Below the pieces are notes generated by a model. That model was not told where the DNA came from. It searched no databases and saw nothing but the letters and a program-made list of their open reading frames with translations. This document shows, one piece after another, positions 32,720 to 43,475 of a stretch of DNA of 64,000 bases. Each line of letters starts with the position of its first letter. The stretch's first letter is position 1. The DNA is from Gemmatimonadota bacterium (lineage in GTDB: Bacteria > Gemmatimonadota > Gemmatimonadetes > JACCXV01 > JAHWKZ01): positions 12,862 through 76,861 of the forward strand of contig JBOHRW010000150.1 in assembly GCA_050732935.1 (NCBI GenBank). The letters are read 5' to 3'. The position numbers and the translations under genes are program-made.

Positions 32720-33526
32720 ATGAAGCACAGCCTGATCCTCGCCGTGGGGGTTACCACGATCCTGTCGGCATCGCCCGGACGGGCCCAGGACCCGCACGAG
32801 CACGGCGCGCCCGATTCAGCCAGGATCGGGACCGTCCACTTCGCGACCTCGTGTGACGCCGCGACACAGCCGGACTTCGATCGCGCGGTGGCGCTTCTCC
32901 ACTCGTTCTGGTTCGGCGCCTCCATCGACGGGTTCCAGGGGGTGCTCTCGGAGGATCCCGGCTGCGCCATGGCGTGGTGGGGGATCGCGATGGCGGAGTG
33001 GGGCAATCCGTTCGGGGGGATCCGATCGACCGCGGCGCTCGAGCGCGGAGCGGCGGCGGTCCAGAAGGCGGAGCTGGAGCGGCTGCGGCAGGTCCTCGAA
33101 GGCAGGGACGACGACTACTGGGCCGGGCAGGTCGAGATCCAGCGCCGGGTGGCGAGCGCGTGGCTGGCGCAGGCCGAGGGTCGCGAAGAAGAGGCGGTGG
33201 AGCTCCTTCGGTCCGCTGCCGACATGGAGGACGGGACCGAGAAGAGCGCCATCACCCCAGGCCCGCTGGCCCCGGCGCGCGAGCTCCTGGGCGAGATGCT
33301 GGTCGAGCAGGACCGGCCGGAGGATGCTCTGGTGGAGTTCGAGGCGAGCCTCCAGAGCGGGCCCGACCGGTTCCGCTCCCTCTATGGGGCGGCCCGCGCG
33401 GCCGAGCTCGGCGGCGACCTTCAGAAGACCCGGCTCCACTACGACGAGTCGCGGCGGCTGTGCCAGGGGGGTGACGGCCCCGAGCGCGACGAGCTCGTGA
33501 CCGCGCGGGCGTTTCTCGGGCGGTGA
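32720..33526 (+). CDS. Exported TPR-like protein (conserved hypothetical)
   Basis: A strong RBS (ggaggaggt) and a signal peptide MKHSLILAVGVTTILSASPGRA|QDP. The HFATSCDAATQPDFDRAVALLHSFWF...DPGCAMAWWGIAM motif is typical of a conserved TPR-like exported family. Confidence 0.6.
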   Translation: MKHSLILAVGVTTILSASPGRAQDPHEHGAPDSARIGTVHFATSCDAATQPDFDRAVALLHSFWFGASIDGFQGVLSEDPGCAMAWWGIAMAEWGNPFGGIRSTAALERGAAAVQKAELERLRQVLEGRDDDYWAGQVEIQRRVASAWLAQAEGREEEAVELLRSAADMEDGTEKSAITPGPLAPARELLGEMLVEQDRPEDALVEFEASLQSGPDRFRSLYGAARAAELGGDLQKTRLHYDESRRLCQGGDGPERDELVTARAFLGR

Positions 33527-34611
33527 ACCCGCGACGTGCGTTCGGAGGGGATGTGAACCGCTGGCTTCCTTCGCTGCTCCTTCTCGGCGCCGGCTGCGCG
33601 CTTTACGGCGACCGGTCCGGCCCCGGCGCGGTGCCCGATCCCGAGAGTTCGCTCGAGCAGGCCGTCGCCACGATCACGGCCGAGGACATGCTGGACCGGA
33701 TCGCGTTCCTGGCGAGCGACGAGATGGGTGGGCGCGCGACCCCCAGTCCGGGGCTGGAGATGGCGGCCGAGTACCTGGCGGAGGAGTTTCGAGCGCTGGG
33801 GCTCGACCCGGGTGGCGACGACGGGACCTTCCTGCAGCGGTACCCGCTCCCGGTTCAGGTCTCCGACTCGGCGAGCGGGACGACGACCGTCCGCACGGCT
33901 CACCCGCCGAACGTTGTCGCCATCCTGCCGGGCCGCGACCCGATCCTGCGTGACTCCTACGTCGTTTTCAGCGCGCACATGGATCACGTGGGGATGGGCA
34001 CGCCCGATGCCTCCGGCGACTCCATCTACAACGGGGCCGACGACGACGCCTCGGGAACGGCGGCGCTGGTCGAGGTGGCGGAGGCGTTCGCGGCTCTTCC
34101 CGAGCCGCCCGGCCGGTCGCTCGTCTTTCTCGCCGTCAGCGGAGAGGAGAAGGGGCTCCTCGGCTCGCACTGGTTCAGCGAGCACCCTCCGATGCCGATC
34201 TCGTCGATCGTCGCCAACCTCAACGTCGACATGATCGGCCGCAATGCGCCCGACTCGATCGTCGTGATCGGCCAGGAGTACTCGTCCCTTGGCCCTCTCG
34301 TGCGCGAGGTCGCGATCCGCAGAGACGGCCTGGGCCTCACCGTGATCGCCGATCCATGGCCTGAGCAGCGCTTCTTCTTCCGGAGCGACCATTTCAACTT
34401 CGCCCGCAAGGAGATCCCCGCCCTGTTCTTCTTCGCCGGCACCCATGAGGACTACCACCGCCCTTCGGACGAGGTGGAGAAGATCGATCCGGACAAGGCG
34501 TCACGTGTGGCGCGCCTCGTGTTCCACACCGCTCTTGCCATCGCGGAGGCCGCCGAGCCCCCGCGCTGGACTCCAGAAGGTCTCGAGGCGATCCGGGCCC
34601 TGACGCCGTAG
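33523..34611 (+). CDS. M28 family aminopeptidase lipoprotein
   Basis: Lipobox LLLLGAGC. HMDHVG, DDDASG and FLAVSGEEKGLLGS are the canonical M28 zinc and Glu motifs. Confidence 0.8.
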   Translation: MNPRRAFGGDVNRWLPSLLLLGAGCALYGDRSGPGAVPDPESSLEQAVATITAEDMLDRIAFLASDEMGGRATPSPGLEMAAEYLAEEFRALGLDPGGDDGTFLQRYPLPVQVSDSASGTTTVRTAHPPNVVAILPGRDPILRDSYVVFSAHMDHVGMGTPDASGDSIYNGADDDASGTAALVEVAEAFAALPEPPGRSLVFLAVSGEEKGLLGSHWFSEHPPMPISSIVANLNVDMIGRNAPDSIVVIGQEYSSLGPLVREVAIRRDGLGLTVIADPWPEQRFFFRSDHFNFARKEIPALFFFAGTHEDYHRPSDEVEKIDPDKASRVARLVFHTALAIAEAAEPPRWTPEGLEAIRALTP

Positions 34612-34657
34612 GGCGGGGGCTGTCGCACATCCGGCCGGATGATCATGTTTAGGATCG

Positions 34658-36361
34658 ATGGCACGTCCGTTCCGGCCCGTGCACCACGCTCTCGACGAGC
34701 GCAGGATCCTGGCGGGGGTCTATGCCGCCCGGCTCGCCATCGCCAACGCGCTGGCGGTGGCGGCGACGGTCGTGCGGACCCAGGCCGAGGGGCTCACCTG
34801 GCTTCCGCTGGCGGTGCTGGTCGTCGGGATTCCGACGGCCTGGACGATCGTCTCCGTCCTCTACAGCCGTCATCGCCCCATCGGGTGGCGCTTCCTCGCC
34901 GTCCAGGTCCTGCACGATCTCGTCCTGGCGACGGTGGCGGTCCTCCTGACCGGCGGGCTGGGCAGCGAGTTTGTCCTGATTTACATCCTGCTGATCGCGG
35001 TCTCGGGGCTGCTGCTCGGCTTGCGGGGGGCGATCGTGACCGCGTTGGCCTGCGTGGCCGTCTATCTGGGGATCGCCTACCTGCAGATCGCCCCCGCCCT
35101 GGCGCGATCCCCGGGTCTGATCGAGCTCCCCAATCTTTCCGGCCGTCCCACGACGATCCTCTGGAGCCTTTCCCTCACCTCGCTGGTCTTTGTCCTGGTC
35201 GGGGTCGTGGCCGGTATCGTCGGGCGCCGTCTGCGCCTCCAGCGGGAACGGCTCACCGAGCTCGAGCAGGAGCTGGCGGCCTCCCGGATCGACGCCCAGG
35301 ACATCCTGGACACGATCGAGAGCGGGATCCTCTCGATCGACGCCGACGAGAACATCGACTTCGTGAACGTCACGGCGCGCTCCCAGCTCGGCATTACCGG
35401 CTTGCCCGAGGGGGAGGACCCGAGAGGCGACCACCGCGCCCTCGGCATTCTCTACAACCTCCTTCTCCAAACCCTGCGCCGTGAGGAGGAGGTCGAGTAC
35501 TCGGAGCTGGCGCTCACCGACGTCGACGGACACGCGCGCACCTACAGCGTTACTACCACCGTCCTGTACGATCCGCGGGGAAGGAAGCGCGGGGCGGCGG
35601 CCATCATGAGCGACCTCGATCAGCGGCAACGCTTCGAGGACCTGGCTCGCCAGACGGACCGGCTCCAGGCCATGCACGAGCTGGCCGCGGGGCTCGCCCA
35701 CGAGATTCAGAATCCCCTCGCCGCGATCCGCTCGGCGGTGGAGCTGATGGAAGGCGACGACCCGGCGGAACCCCAGGCCCGCCGCCTGATGGATCTGGTC
35801 GTCCGCGAGGCCGACCGGTTGGCGGCGCTGGTCGAGGATTTCAAGGCTTTCTCGGCGATGCGCATCCGGGACCGCAAGCGGCTGGATCTCAGGGAGGTGC
35901 TGGAGGACGCGATCGAGATCGAACGGATGGTCGCCAGGGCCGACCACGTCCGGGTCACGTTCGTACGCCACCGGGCCCCGATCGTGGTCGAGGGGGACCA
36001 CAATCTGCTCAAGCAGGTCTGTGTCAATCTGCTGTCCAACGCGCGCCACGCCGTGGAGGGGTCGCGAGATCCCCAGATCGAGATCCACGTCGGGCTGGAA
36101 GGCTTGTTGCCGGAGCTGGAGCGGGCCGGCCCGTTTGCCGCCCTCGAGGTCCGCGACAACGGTGTCGGGATCGGCGAGGAAGCGAAGAAGCGCATCTTCG
36201 ACCCGTTCTTCACCACGCGGACGGGCGGTTTCGGGATGGGGCTGGCCATCGTCCACCGGATCGTGGAGCTCCATGGCGGGATGGTCTGGGTCGACAGCGA
36301 GCCGGGACGGGGATCGAACTTCCGGATCGCGCTACCCCGTCTTGGCGCCCCCGCCGAATAG
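34658..36361 (+). CDS. pilS: PilS-like sensor histidine kinase (six TM helices + PAS + HisKA + HATPase)
   Basis: Six N-terminal hydrophobic helices and a PAS-like segment. H-box LAAGLAHEIQNPLAAI, N/G boxes. Located immediately upstream of pilR and pilA. Confidence 0.75.
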   Translation: MARPFRPVHHALDERRILAGVYAARLAIANALAVAATVVRTQAEGLTWLPLAVLVVGIPTAWTIVSVLYSRHRPIGWRFLAVQVLHDLVLATVAVLLTGGLGSEFVLIYILLIAVSGLLLGLRGAIVTALACVAVYLGIAYLQIAPALARSPGLIELPNLSGRPTTILWSLSLTSLVFVLVGVVAGIVGRRLRLQRERLTELEQELAASRIDAQDILDTIESGILSIDADENIDFVNVTARSQLGITGLPEGEDPRGDHRALGILYNLLLQTLRREEEVEYSELALTDVDGHARTYSVTTTVLYDPRGRKRGAAAIMSDLDQRQRFEDLARQTDRLQAMHELAAGLAHEIQNPLAAIRSAVELMEGDDPAEPQARRLMDLVVREADRLAALVEDFKAFSAMRIRDRKRLDLREVLEDAIEIERMVARADHVRVTFVRHRAPIVVEGDHNLLKQVCVNLLSNARHAVEGSRDPQIEIHVGLEGLLPELERAGPFAALEVRDNGVGIGEEAKKRIFDPFFTTRTGGFGMGLAIVHRIVELHGGMVWVDSEPGRGSNFRIALPRLGAPAE

Positions 36362-36432
36362 CGCCGCCGCGATGAAGGACGCTATACTCTAACGCTCTCC
36401 CGTTGCCACCGACGATCCCTGGAGTCGTAGCC

Positions 36433-37863
<1,431 letters not shown>

Positions 37864-38006
37864 ACCGCATCGCAATCTGCGAGGAGGCGACTTCGCCATC
37901 TTTCCGGCCTTCCCGATCGGAAGCGTCGCGTCCGGGCTTCATTTCAAACCCCTAAACCATTGCAGAAATACAGTTTGGGCGGTGCGGGTCGTCTCGGGAC
38001 ACCGTA

Positions 38007-38022
38007 TGGCACCCCTCTTGCT
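38007..38022 (+). promoter_or_regulatory. Sigma-54 (-24/-12) promoter of pilA
   Basis: TGGCACccctcTTGCT is an exact GG-N10-GC match with TGGCAC and TTGC. It lies about 85 nt upstream of the pilA ATG and directly downstream of pilSR. Confidence 0.75.
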
Positions 38023-38106
38023 GCAGGGAACTTCGATCGCGGGCTCCCGTACTTCGACGTGGACCGGCTGACACTGCACCGAAGGAGACAAGGAGATCTG
38101 TCAACC

Positions 38107-38487
38107 ATGAGAATCCGACGGAACCAAGGTTTTACCCTCATCGAGCTGCTGATCGTCGTCGTGATCATCGGCATCCTGGCGGCGATCGCCATCCCGCGCT
38201 TCGCGGGGACGAAGGAGAAGGCGTTCGACGCGGCCGCCAAGAGCGACCTGCGCAACGCCATGACCGCCCAGGAGGCGTACTTCGCCGACAACCAGACGTA
38301 CTCCTCCGACGAAACCCTGCTCGAGTGGCAGGCTTCCCAGGGCGTCACGCTCACGGTCAATGCGGCGGATGCCACGGGATACGACATGACGGCCGCCCAC
38401 TCCTCGAGCGGCAATTCGTTCTGCGTGGAAACCGACGTGGGCCAGATCTGCAAGGTCGGGGACGCGGCCTGCACCTGCGGCTCGTAG
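38107..38487 (+). CDS. pilA: Major type IV pilin PilA (type IVa)
   Basis: MRIRRNQGFTLIELLIVVVIIGILAAIAIP is the prepilin leader with the G|FTLIE processing site. A C-terminal disulfide pair (CVETDVGQICKVGDAACTC) is present. A double aaggag RBS precedes the start. Confidence 0.9.
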   Translation: MRIRRNQGFTLIELLIVVVIIGILAAIAIPRFAGTKEKAFDAAAKSDLRNAMTAQEAYFADNQTYSSDETLLEWQASQGVTLTVNAADATGYDMTAAHSSSGNSFCVETDVGQICKVGDAACTCGS

Positions 38488-38510
38488 TCCTCGATCCGGC
38501 ATAGCGACCA

Positions 38511-38540
38511 GGCGGCGACGGCAAGGCCCCGACCGCCGCC
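38511..38540 (+). terminator. GC-rich stem-loop downstream of pilA (ggcggcg...cgccgcc)
   Basis: A 7-bp GC stem lies 24 nt after the pilA stop. There is no U-tract, which is expected in high-GC genomes. Confidence 0.3.
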
Positions 38541-38737
38541 TCAGGGTCGTCTGCCCTGCGTCTTTGGGGCGGGCCAGGCTCTCGGCAGGTGTCGATTTCT
38601 CGACACGATCGACCGCCGGAGCCGGCCGGGACGCGGCGGCTCTCGCGCGTGGATTCGCCGGCCCCCTCCTTGCTGAGGCGAGCGTCGACACGCGAGCCTC
38701 CCCGCCAGCCCCGTCTCCCTCGTACGAGAATTCCGAC

Positions 38738-39187
38738 ATGTCCCACCCACCCCGCCGGTCCCGCGGGTTCACGCTGCTGGAGTTGCTTCTCGCGCTGATC
38801 GTCTTCGGAATCCTGGTGGCCCTGGTCGCCCCTTCCCTGGTCAGTGGCGAGCGCCGTTGGGCCGCCTACGTCGCGGTCCGGACTCTCGCTTCGGACGTGG
38901 CCCGAGCCCGACAGAGAGCGATCCAGGACCGCGCCACCGTCCGGGTCGTTCTCGACACGCTGGCGGGTGCCTGGCACGTACGCCTCGCCAGCGGCGAGAC
39001 GGTCTCCAGGCGGAAGCTGCGGTCCGGCCTGGCTCTCGGGACCAGCGCCCATCTCCAAGAGATCCTCTTCAGCGCGCGAGGGACCAGCAACCTCTACTCG
39101 GCGGCCTGGGTCGTCGTCCGCGACGATCCACTCGCACGCGAGCATCGGATCCGGGTGCTGCCGACGGGCGCCATCGAGCTCCAGTGA
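38738..39187 (+). CDS. Minor pilin, FimT/GspH-like (set 1)
   Basis: Prepilin N-terminus RGFTLLELLLALIVFGILVALVAP. The size and the position as first gene of a minor-pilin operon fit FimT/FimU. Confidence 0.7.
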   Translation: MSHPPRRSRGFTLLELLLALIVFGILVALVAPSLVSGERRWAAYVAVRTLASDVARARQRAIQDRATVRVVLDTLAGAWHVRLASGETVSRRKLRSGLALGTSAHLQEILFSARGTSNLYSAAWVVVRDDPLAREHRIRVLPTGAIELQ

Positions 39188-39198
39188 CCGGGCCTTCC

Positions 39199-39567
39199 AT
39201 GACCAGAAGCGGCGCGTCCCTGCTGGAGGTGGTGGTGGCCGTCCTCCTCCTCGGGGTCGGTGCGCTGGCGCTCGTCGGGTCGATCGCGTACGCCCTCCGC
39301 GCCCGGGAGCTGTCGGTCTCCACGGCCCTCGCCGCGGTCGCGGCAGAAGCCTGGATCGAGCGCTGGCGCGGCCAGACCTGGCAAGGCGAAGGAGGGGGAT
39401 CGACCGCGGTCGCGTGGGGCGCGCGCCGGGGAAGTCTGGAGTGGGCGCTCGAGGACGTGGGTGCGTGCCTGCAGGAGGCGCGCGTGACGGCCGTGGCCGG
39501 TCGCGGCGAGGGTGTCAGGGTCGTGGTGGCCACGCGGCGCTTCCGGGAAGGCGCGGTCGGGTGCTGA
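39199..39567 (+). CDS. Minor pilin, PilV-like (set 1)
   Basis: N-terminus ASLLEVVVAVLLLGVGALALVGS matches the PilV motif (G-F-S/T-L-I/L-E-V-L-V-A). Confidence 0.6.
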   Translation: MTRSGASLLEVVVAVLLLGVGALALVGSIAYALRARELSVSTALAAVAAEAWIERWRGQTWQGEGGGSTAVAWGARRGSLEWALEDVGACLQEARVTAVAGRGEGVRVVVATRRFREGAVGC

Positions 39568-40142
39568 AGGCGTCCGATGCCCGGGGGTTCACGACGATCG
39601 AGGTCCTGGTGGCCCTGACCCTGGGTCTGGTCGTGGCGCTGGCCGCCCTCGTCCTCTGCTCCTCCGGAAACCGGGTCGTGGCCGACTTGATCCGCTCGCA
39701 GGCGTCGCTCCAGGAGCTTCTTGCCGCGGCGGAGCTGTGGCGCGCCGAGTGGCGGGGGGTCGGCCACGATCCCGCGGGCACCGCCGGCGCGGGAATCTCA
39801 CGGGCCACCGCCGAGACGCTCGAGTTCAGCGCCGACTGGAACGGAGACGGCGGTCTCCTGCCCACCGCGTCGAACCCCAACGAGCGGCTGGCGCACGCCC
39901 TTTCCCCGGGCGTGTGGAGGAGGGGAGTCAACGCGGGTCCGCGGTTGCCGCTGGCCTGGCCGGATTCGGCGCGCTTCGTGTACCGCGACACGAGCGGTGC
40001 GGATCTGGGGCCGCGCCCGGAGAAGGGGCGCATCGCGAGCGTCGAGGTGCGGGCGTTCCTCCGCTCGGGGGGTCCCGGGTTCGCCGTCTCCTGGGTCGCG
40101 GCGCGACGAGTCCGGTCCGAAGACGAGGGCCCCGGACCGTGA
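39564..40142 (+). CDS. Minor pilin, PilW-like (set 1)
   Basis: GTG start overlaps the upstream stop. RGFTTIEVLVALTLGLVVALAAL is a prepilin N-terminus. Confidence 0.6.
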   Translation: MKASDARGFTTIEVLVALTLGLVVALAALVLCSSGNRVVADLIRSQASLQELLAAAELWRAEWRGVGHDPAGTAGAGISRATAETLEFSADWNGDGGLLPTASNPNERLAHALSPGVWRRGVNAGPRLPLAWPDSARFVYRDTSGADLGPRPEKGRIASVEVRAFLRSGGPGFAVSWVAARRVRSEDEGPGP

Positions 40143-40546
40143 GCTCGACGGGACGCCCGGCGAGAGAGCGCGGGACCGCGCTCGCCATCGTATTGTGGGC
40201 GCTCGTCGCGCTGGCCGCGCTGTCGACCGCCGCCGTCGTGACCTCGATCACCGACCTGGCCCTGGCCCGCGCCCACCGCGACCATGCGGCGGCCCTGGGG
40301 CTGGCCGAGGCGGGGCTGGCGGAGGCGCTGGCGGTCCTGGCCGCAGATCCTCTTGCCGCGGGGCGGTCCGACAGCCTGTCGGGAGCCCTTTCGAGCGGTT
40401 CCTATCAGACGTCCTGGGCACCGGTCGGGGGTCGCGCGCGGATTGTCTCGACGGGCGAGAGCCGCGGCCTCCGCCGCCAGGTCGAAGCGTGGGTGGTGAC
40501 GGGAGAGAGAGTGCGCGTCGTGGCCTGGCGGGAGGCCTGGCGTTGA
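40139..40546 (+). CDS. PilX-like minor pilin (set 1)
   Basis: The N-terminus RGTALAIVLWALVALAALSTAAVVTS resembles the PilX N-domain (RGxALxVxLxxLxxLxxLG). GTG start overlapping the upstream stop. Confidence 0.5.
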   Translation: MSSTGRPARERGTALAIVLWALVALAALSTAAVVTSITDLALARAHRDHAAALGLAEAGLAEALAVLAADPLAAGRSDSLSGALSSGSYQTSWAPVGGRARIVSTGESRGLRRQVEAWVVTGERVRVVAWREAWR

Positions 40547-40743
40547 AAAGTGGCCGCGACCCGCTTCGCGGGTGCCCCGGGCCCCCCGGGCGTTTCGCTC
40601 GCGCCTTGATCCTGGCCGCTTTGGAACGCCAGGCCACCGATCGATAATAGTCGAAGCTACCTACTTGTTCCAAACTGCGGAATGAAGCTTGCACTCCGGA
40701 GAGTGGTACCCGGTCACCACCGGCCCTTCGACTCCGGAGCTTC

Positions 40744-41238
40744 ATGGAATCACGACCCACGTGGCCCTCCCCGATCCCGACCCGCGGGCCGTACGCCGCG
40801 AACGGGCTGACCTTCCTCGAGCTGCTGCTCGTCCTGACCCTTCTGGGGGTGTTCGTCACCATCGCCCTCCCGAGCCTCAGCGGGGGTACGAGATCCCACC
40901 GTGTAGTGCGGCAGGCTCGCGAAGTCCACGCCGCGCTGGCCCAGATCCGGGCGCGCGCTGTCGCCGAGCAGCGGCCGCATCGGTTCCTGGTGCTGGCCGA
41001 CGGGCGCTATCGACTCCAGTTCCAGAACGACGCCGCGGGCTGGACCGCCTACCGCACCTCGCTCGCCGCCGACGACCCGATCCAAGTGGTCGGCGGGAGC
41101 GGCGGAAACACGGTGGTGTTCGAGCCCGATGGGCGGGTGGAAGCGCCGGCCACCGTCCGGGTCGGCGTGCCACCCCGTCGCCACGAGATCCACATCCTCG
41201 CCGGCGGGCTGCTCCGGTGGAGCGGCCCTTCATCGTGA
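40744..41238 (+). CDS. Minor pilin, FimT/GspH-like (set 2)
   Basis: NGLTFLELLLVLTLLGVFVTIALP is a prepilin N-terminus with a GspH-like body. Confidence 0.65.
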   Translation: MESRPTWPSPIPTRGPYAANGLTFLELLLVLTLLGVFVTIALPSLSGGTRSHRVVRQAREVHAALAQIRARAVAEQRPHRFLVLADGRYRLQFQNDAAGWTAYRTSLAADDPIQVVGGSGGNTVVFEPDGRVEAPATVRVGVPPRRHEIHILAGGLLRWSGPSS

Positions 41239-41630
41239 TCGAGGACCGTCCGGCGCGCCCGCTCCCGGTTGGAGAGAGGGGATCCACCCTCATCGAGGTG
41301 ATGGTGGCGCTCGTCATCTTCCTGATCGGCGCCCTCGCGGTGGCGGCCTTTCTCCTCCTGTCGACGCAGGCCCAGGGAGGAGCGAACCGCCGCGGCCAGG
41401 CGGACCAGCTCCTCCAGGCCAAGGTCGAGGAGCTGTTGACCCTGCCGTACGAGGAGATCGTGGACGGCTCCGACCAGCGAACTGTCGGAGGATTGACCTT
41501 CGAGCGCAGCTGGTCGGTGATCGAGGACGAGCCTATCTCCCGCGTGAAGACCATCGAGCTGGAGGCTTCCTGGCGCGAGCGCGAGCGCGACTTCGTGGCT
41601 CACGCCGCAACCCTGAGGAGCGCCGAGTGA
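41235..41630 (+). CDS. Minor pilin, PilV-like (set 2)
   Basis: RGSTLIEVMVALVIFLIGALAVAAF. GTG start overlapping the upstream stop. Confidence 0.6.
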   Translation: MIEDRPARPLPVGERGSTLIEVMVALVIFLIGALAVAAFLLLSTQAQGGANRRGQADQLLQAKVEELLTLPYEEIVDGSDQRTVGGLTFERSWSVIEDEPISRVKTIELEASWRERERDFVAHAATLRSAE

Positions 41631-42211
41631 GCGCGCCGAGCGTGTCCCAGGGTGCTCGAGCGACCGGCCGGGGTCAGGGTTTCACTCTGGTCGAGCTACT
41701 CCTGGCGATGGTGCTCACCGGCTTCCTGGGGATGGCCGCGGTCCGGCTCTTCGTGGTTCAGCACCAGGCCTTCGTGCGACAGGGCGAGGGAATCCGGCGC
41801 ACGCAGAACGCTCGTGCCGGCTTCGACCTCATGACGCGGGAGATGCGCAACGCCGGCTACGACCCGCGCGGAACGGCGGAGGCGGCGGTGACTATCTGGA
41901 CCGCGGAGGCGTTCGCGTGGACCGCGGATCTGGACGCGGATGGCGACACGAACGACGCGGGCGAGAGCCTGGGCTACCGCCTGGGGGAGGACGGAACGCT
42001 CGTTCGCCGGGAAGGGCTGGTCGAGGTGATGGTCGCCGAGCACGTGATCGAGCTGGCCTTCACCTACTTCTCCGACGGGGGGAAGTCACCGGCCGGCTCG
42101 GCGGACGACATCGAACAGATCGGCGTCCGACTCGACTACGACACCCCAGGCGGGGCCGCCGCGGCGGTCCTGGAGACGCGCGTGGCGCTCCGCAACCAGG
42201 TCTGGCGATGA
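41627..42211 (+). CDS. Minor pilin, PilW-like (set 2)
   Basis: QGFTLVELLLAMVLTGFLGMAAV. GTG start overlapping the upstream stop. Confidence 0.6.
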   Translation: MSAPSVSQGARATGRGQGFTLVELLLAMVLTGFLGMAAVRLFVVQHQAFVRQGEGIRRTQNARAGFDLMTREMRNAGYDPRGTAEAAVTIWTAEAFAWTADLDADGDTNDAGESLGYRLGEDGTLVRREGLVEVMVAEHVIELAFTYFSDGGKSPAGSADDIEQIGVRLDYDTPGGAAAAVLETRVALRNQVWR

Positions 42212-43428
42212 AGGGCCAGGGGTCGCTTCGGAGCCGATCGGGCTTTGTCCTTCCCGCGGTCCTCGTGATCCTGATCGCCCTGGGCCTGATCGGGGGGGCC
42301 TCGGCGCTCCTCACCTCGACCGAGGTCCGGGTCGCCGGGCTGACCGGTCTGGGGCATCGCGCGTCCGCCGCGGCGGCGGCGGGGATCGAGCACGCCGTGG
42401 CCCACTTCGGCGCCGAGGGCGACGCCGCCGGCTGGCCGGTGCAGGGCGAGATCGACGGCTTCGACTACAGCGTGACGATCGGGCCCGACAGCTTCGACTT
42501 CGGGGACGGTCGGGTCCCGGTGTCGTGGAGCGCCGATGCGGGGACCAACGGGAATGGCGAGGGGCAGCCCGTCTGGGTACTGGTATCGCGGGCCGAGAGA
42601 GGGGCCTACCGGGCGTCCCAGACGCTCCGGCTGACGGCCGGAGGTCTCGAGATCCGAACGGACGCGGCGATCACCGCCAGCGGCTCGTTCAGGCTCCGGG
42701 GCAACGTGACGGTCTCGGGCGTGAACGTGGACGAGGACGGTCAGCCGGTCGATCCTGACGACGACGCCACCAGCGGCGCCTGTCAGGAGAACAAGGCCGC
42801 CTTCGTGGCCGAGGACGGGGATTCCGTCGACCCCCAGGGGTCGGTCGACCTCGATGGCAATCCCGCGTACGCCGGCAATGACCCGCCCTACGTCGTCGGC
42901 GACCTGGAGGCCGGACCGGTGACGCCGGAGGAGGTCCTCGGTCTCCCCGACGGGTGGCTCGATCCCTACCAGACCACGCCCGCGGAGTTCGCGGCCGATC
43001 CGATCGTGCCGCTGGCCGACATCGTGTACGTGACCGGCGACTTCGGGACCGGGGGGGGATCGGGTCCCAAGCTCAACGGCTCGGGAATTCTGATCGTCCA
43101 CAACCCGCTCTTCGATCCCCGTGAGCACGACCCCCAGCATCCCCTGTACGACCCGGCGAAGGTCGCCGATCCGTCCTACCGGCCAGCCACTCTCGGCAAC
43201 GTCACCGGCGGCACGTTCCACGGCCTCATCATCGCCGACCGGATGGACAAGCTCACCGGCCAGGCGGAGGTTTACGGGTCGGTCGTCACGCTCAGCCGGA
43301 CCCACGAGAGCTCGATGGCGGGGAAGGCTTTGATCCAGTACTCCTGCGCCGCCGTGCAGACCGCTTCCCGGACCGTCCTGCTTCCCAGACGCCTTGCCTG
43401 GGTCTCTGGCCTCGAATTTGCACCGTAA
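42208..43428 (+). CDS. PilX-N-domain protein, 406 aa (set 2; possible tip/adhesin-associated component)
   Basis: N-terminus SGFVLPAVLVILIALGLIGGASALLTSTEVRVAG (PilX N-terminal domain) followed by a 370-aa Gly/Asp-rich body. ATG overlaps the upstream stop. Confidence 0.5.
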   Translation: MKGQGSLRSRSGFVLPAVLVILIALGLIGGASALLTSTEVRVAGLTGLGHRASAAAAAGIEHAVAHFGAEGDAAGWPVQGEIDGFDYSVTIGPDSFDFGDGRVPVSWSADAGTNGNGEGQPVWVLVSRAERGAYRASQTLRLTAGGLEIRTDAAITASGSFRLRGNVTVSGVNVDEDGQPVDPDDDATSGACQENKAAFVAEDGDSVDPQGSVDLDGNPAYAGNDPPYVVGDLEAGPVTPEEVLGLPDGWLDPYQTTPAEFAADPIVPLADIVYVTGDFGTGGGSGPKLNGSGILIVHNPLFDPREHDPQHPLYDPAKVADPSYRPATLGNVTGGTFHGLIIADRMDKLTGQAEVYGSVVTLSRTHESSMAGKALIQYSCAAVQTASRTVLLPRRLAWVSGLEFAP

Positions 43429-43460
43429 GGGCTGACAGCCTGCCCCATCCGCCAGAGAGA

Positions 43461-43475
43461 GGCAGAAAGACTGCC
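43461..43475 (+). terminator. Short stem-loop ggcag-aaaga-ctgcc after the minor-pilin operon
   Basis: Inverted repeat read from the sequence, 33 nt after the stop. It is weak (5 bp, extendable with one mismatch). Confidence 0.2.

Noticed and set aside
32722-33006. N-terminal 95 aa of the 186-aa minus-strand ORF
   Set aside because: It overlaps, in antisense, the plus-strand exported TPR-like gene, which has a strong RBS and signal peptide. The translated sequence has no HTH or other motif.
34649-36274. 541-aa minus-strand ORF
   Set aside because: Antisense to the pilS-like kinase gene. No motifs, and a GC-frame artifact composition.
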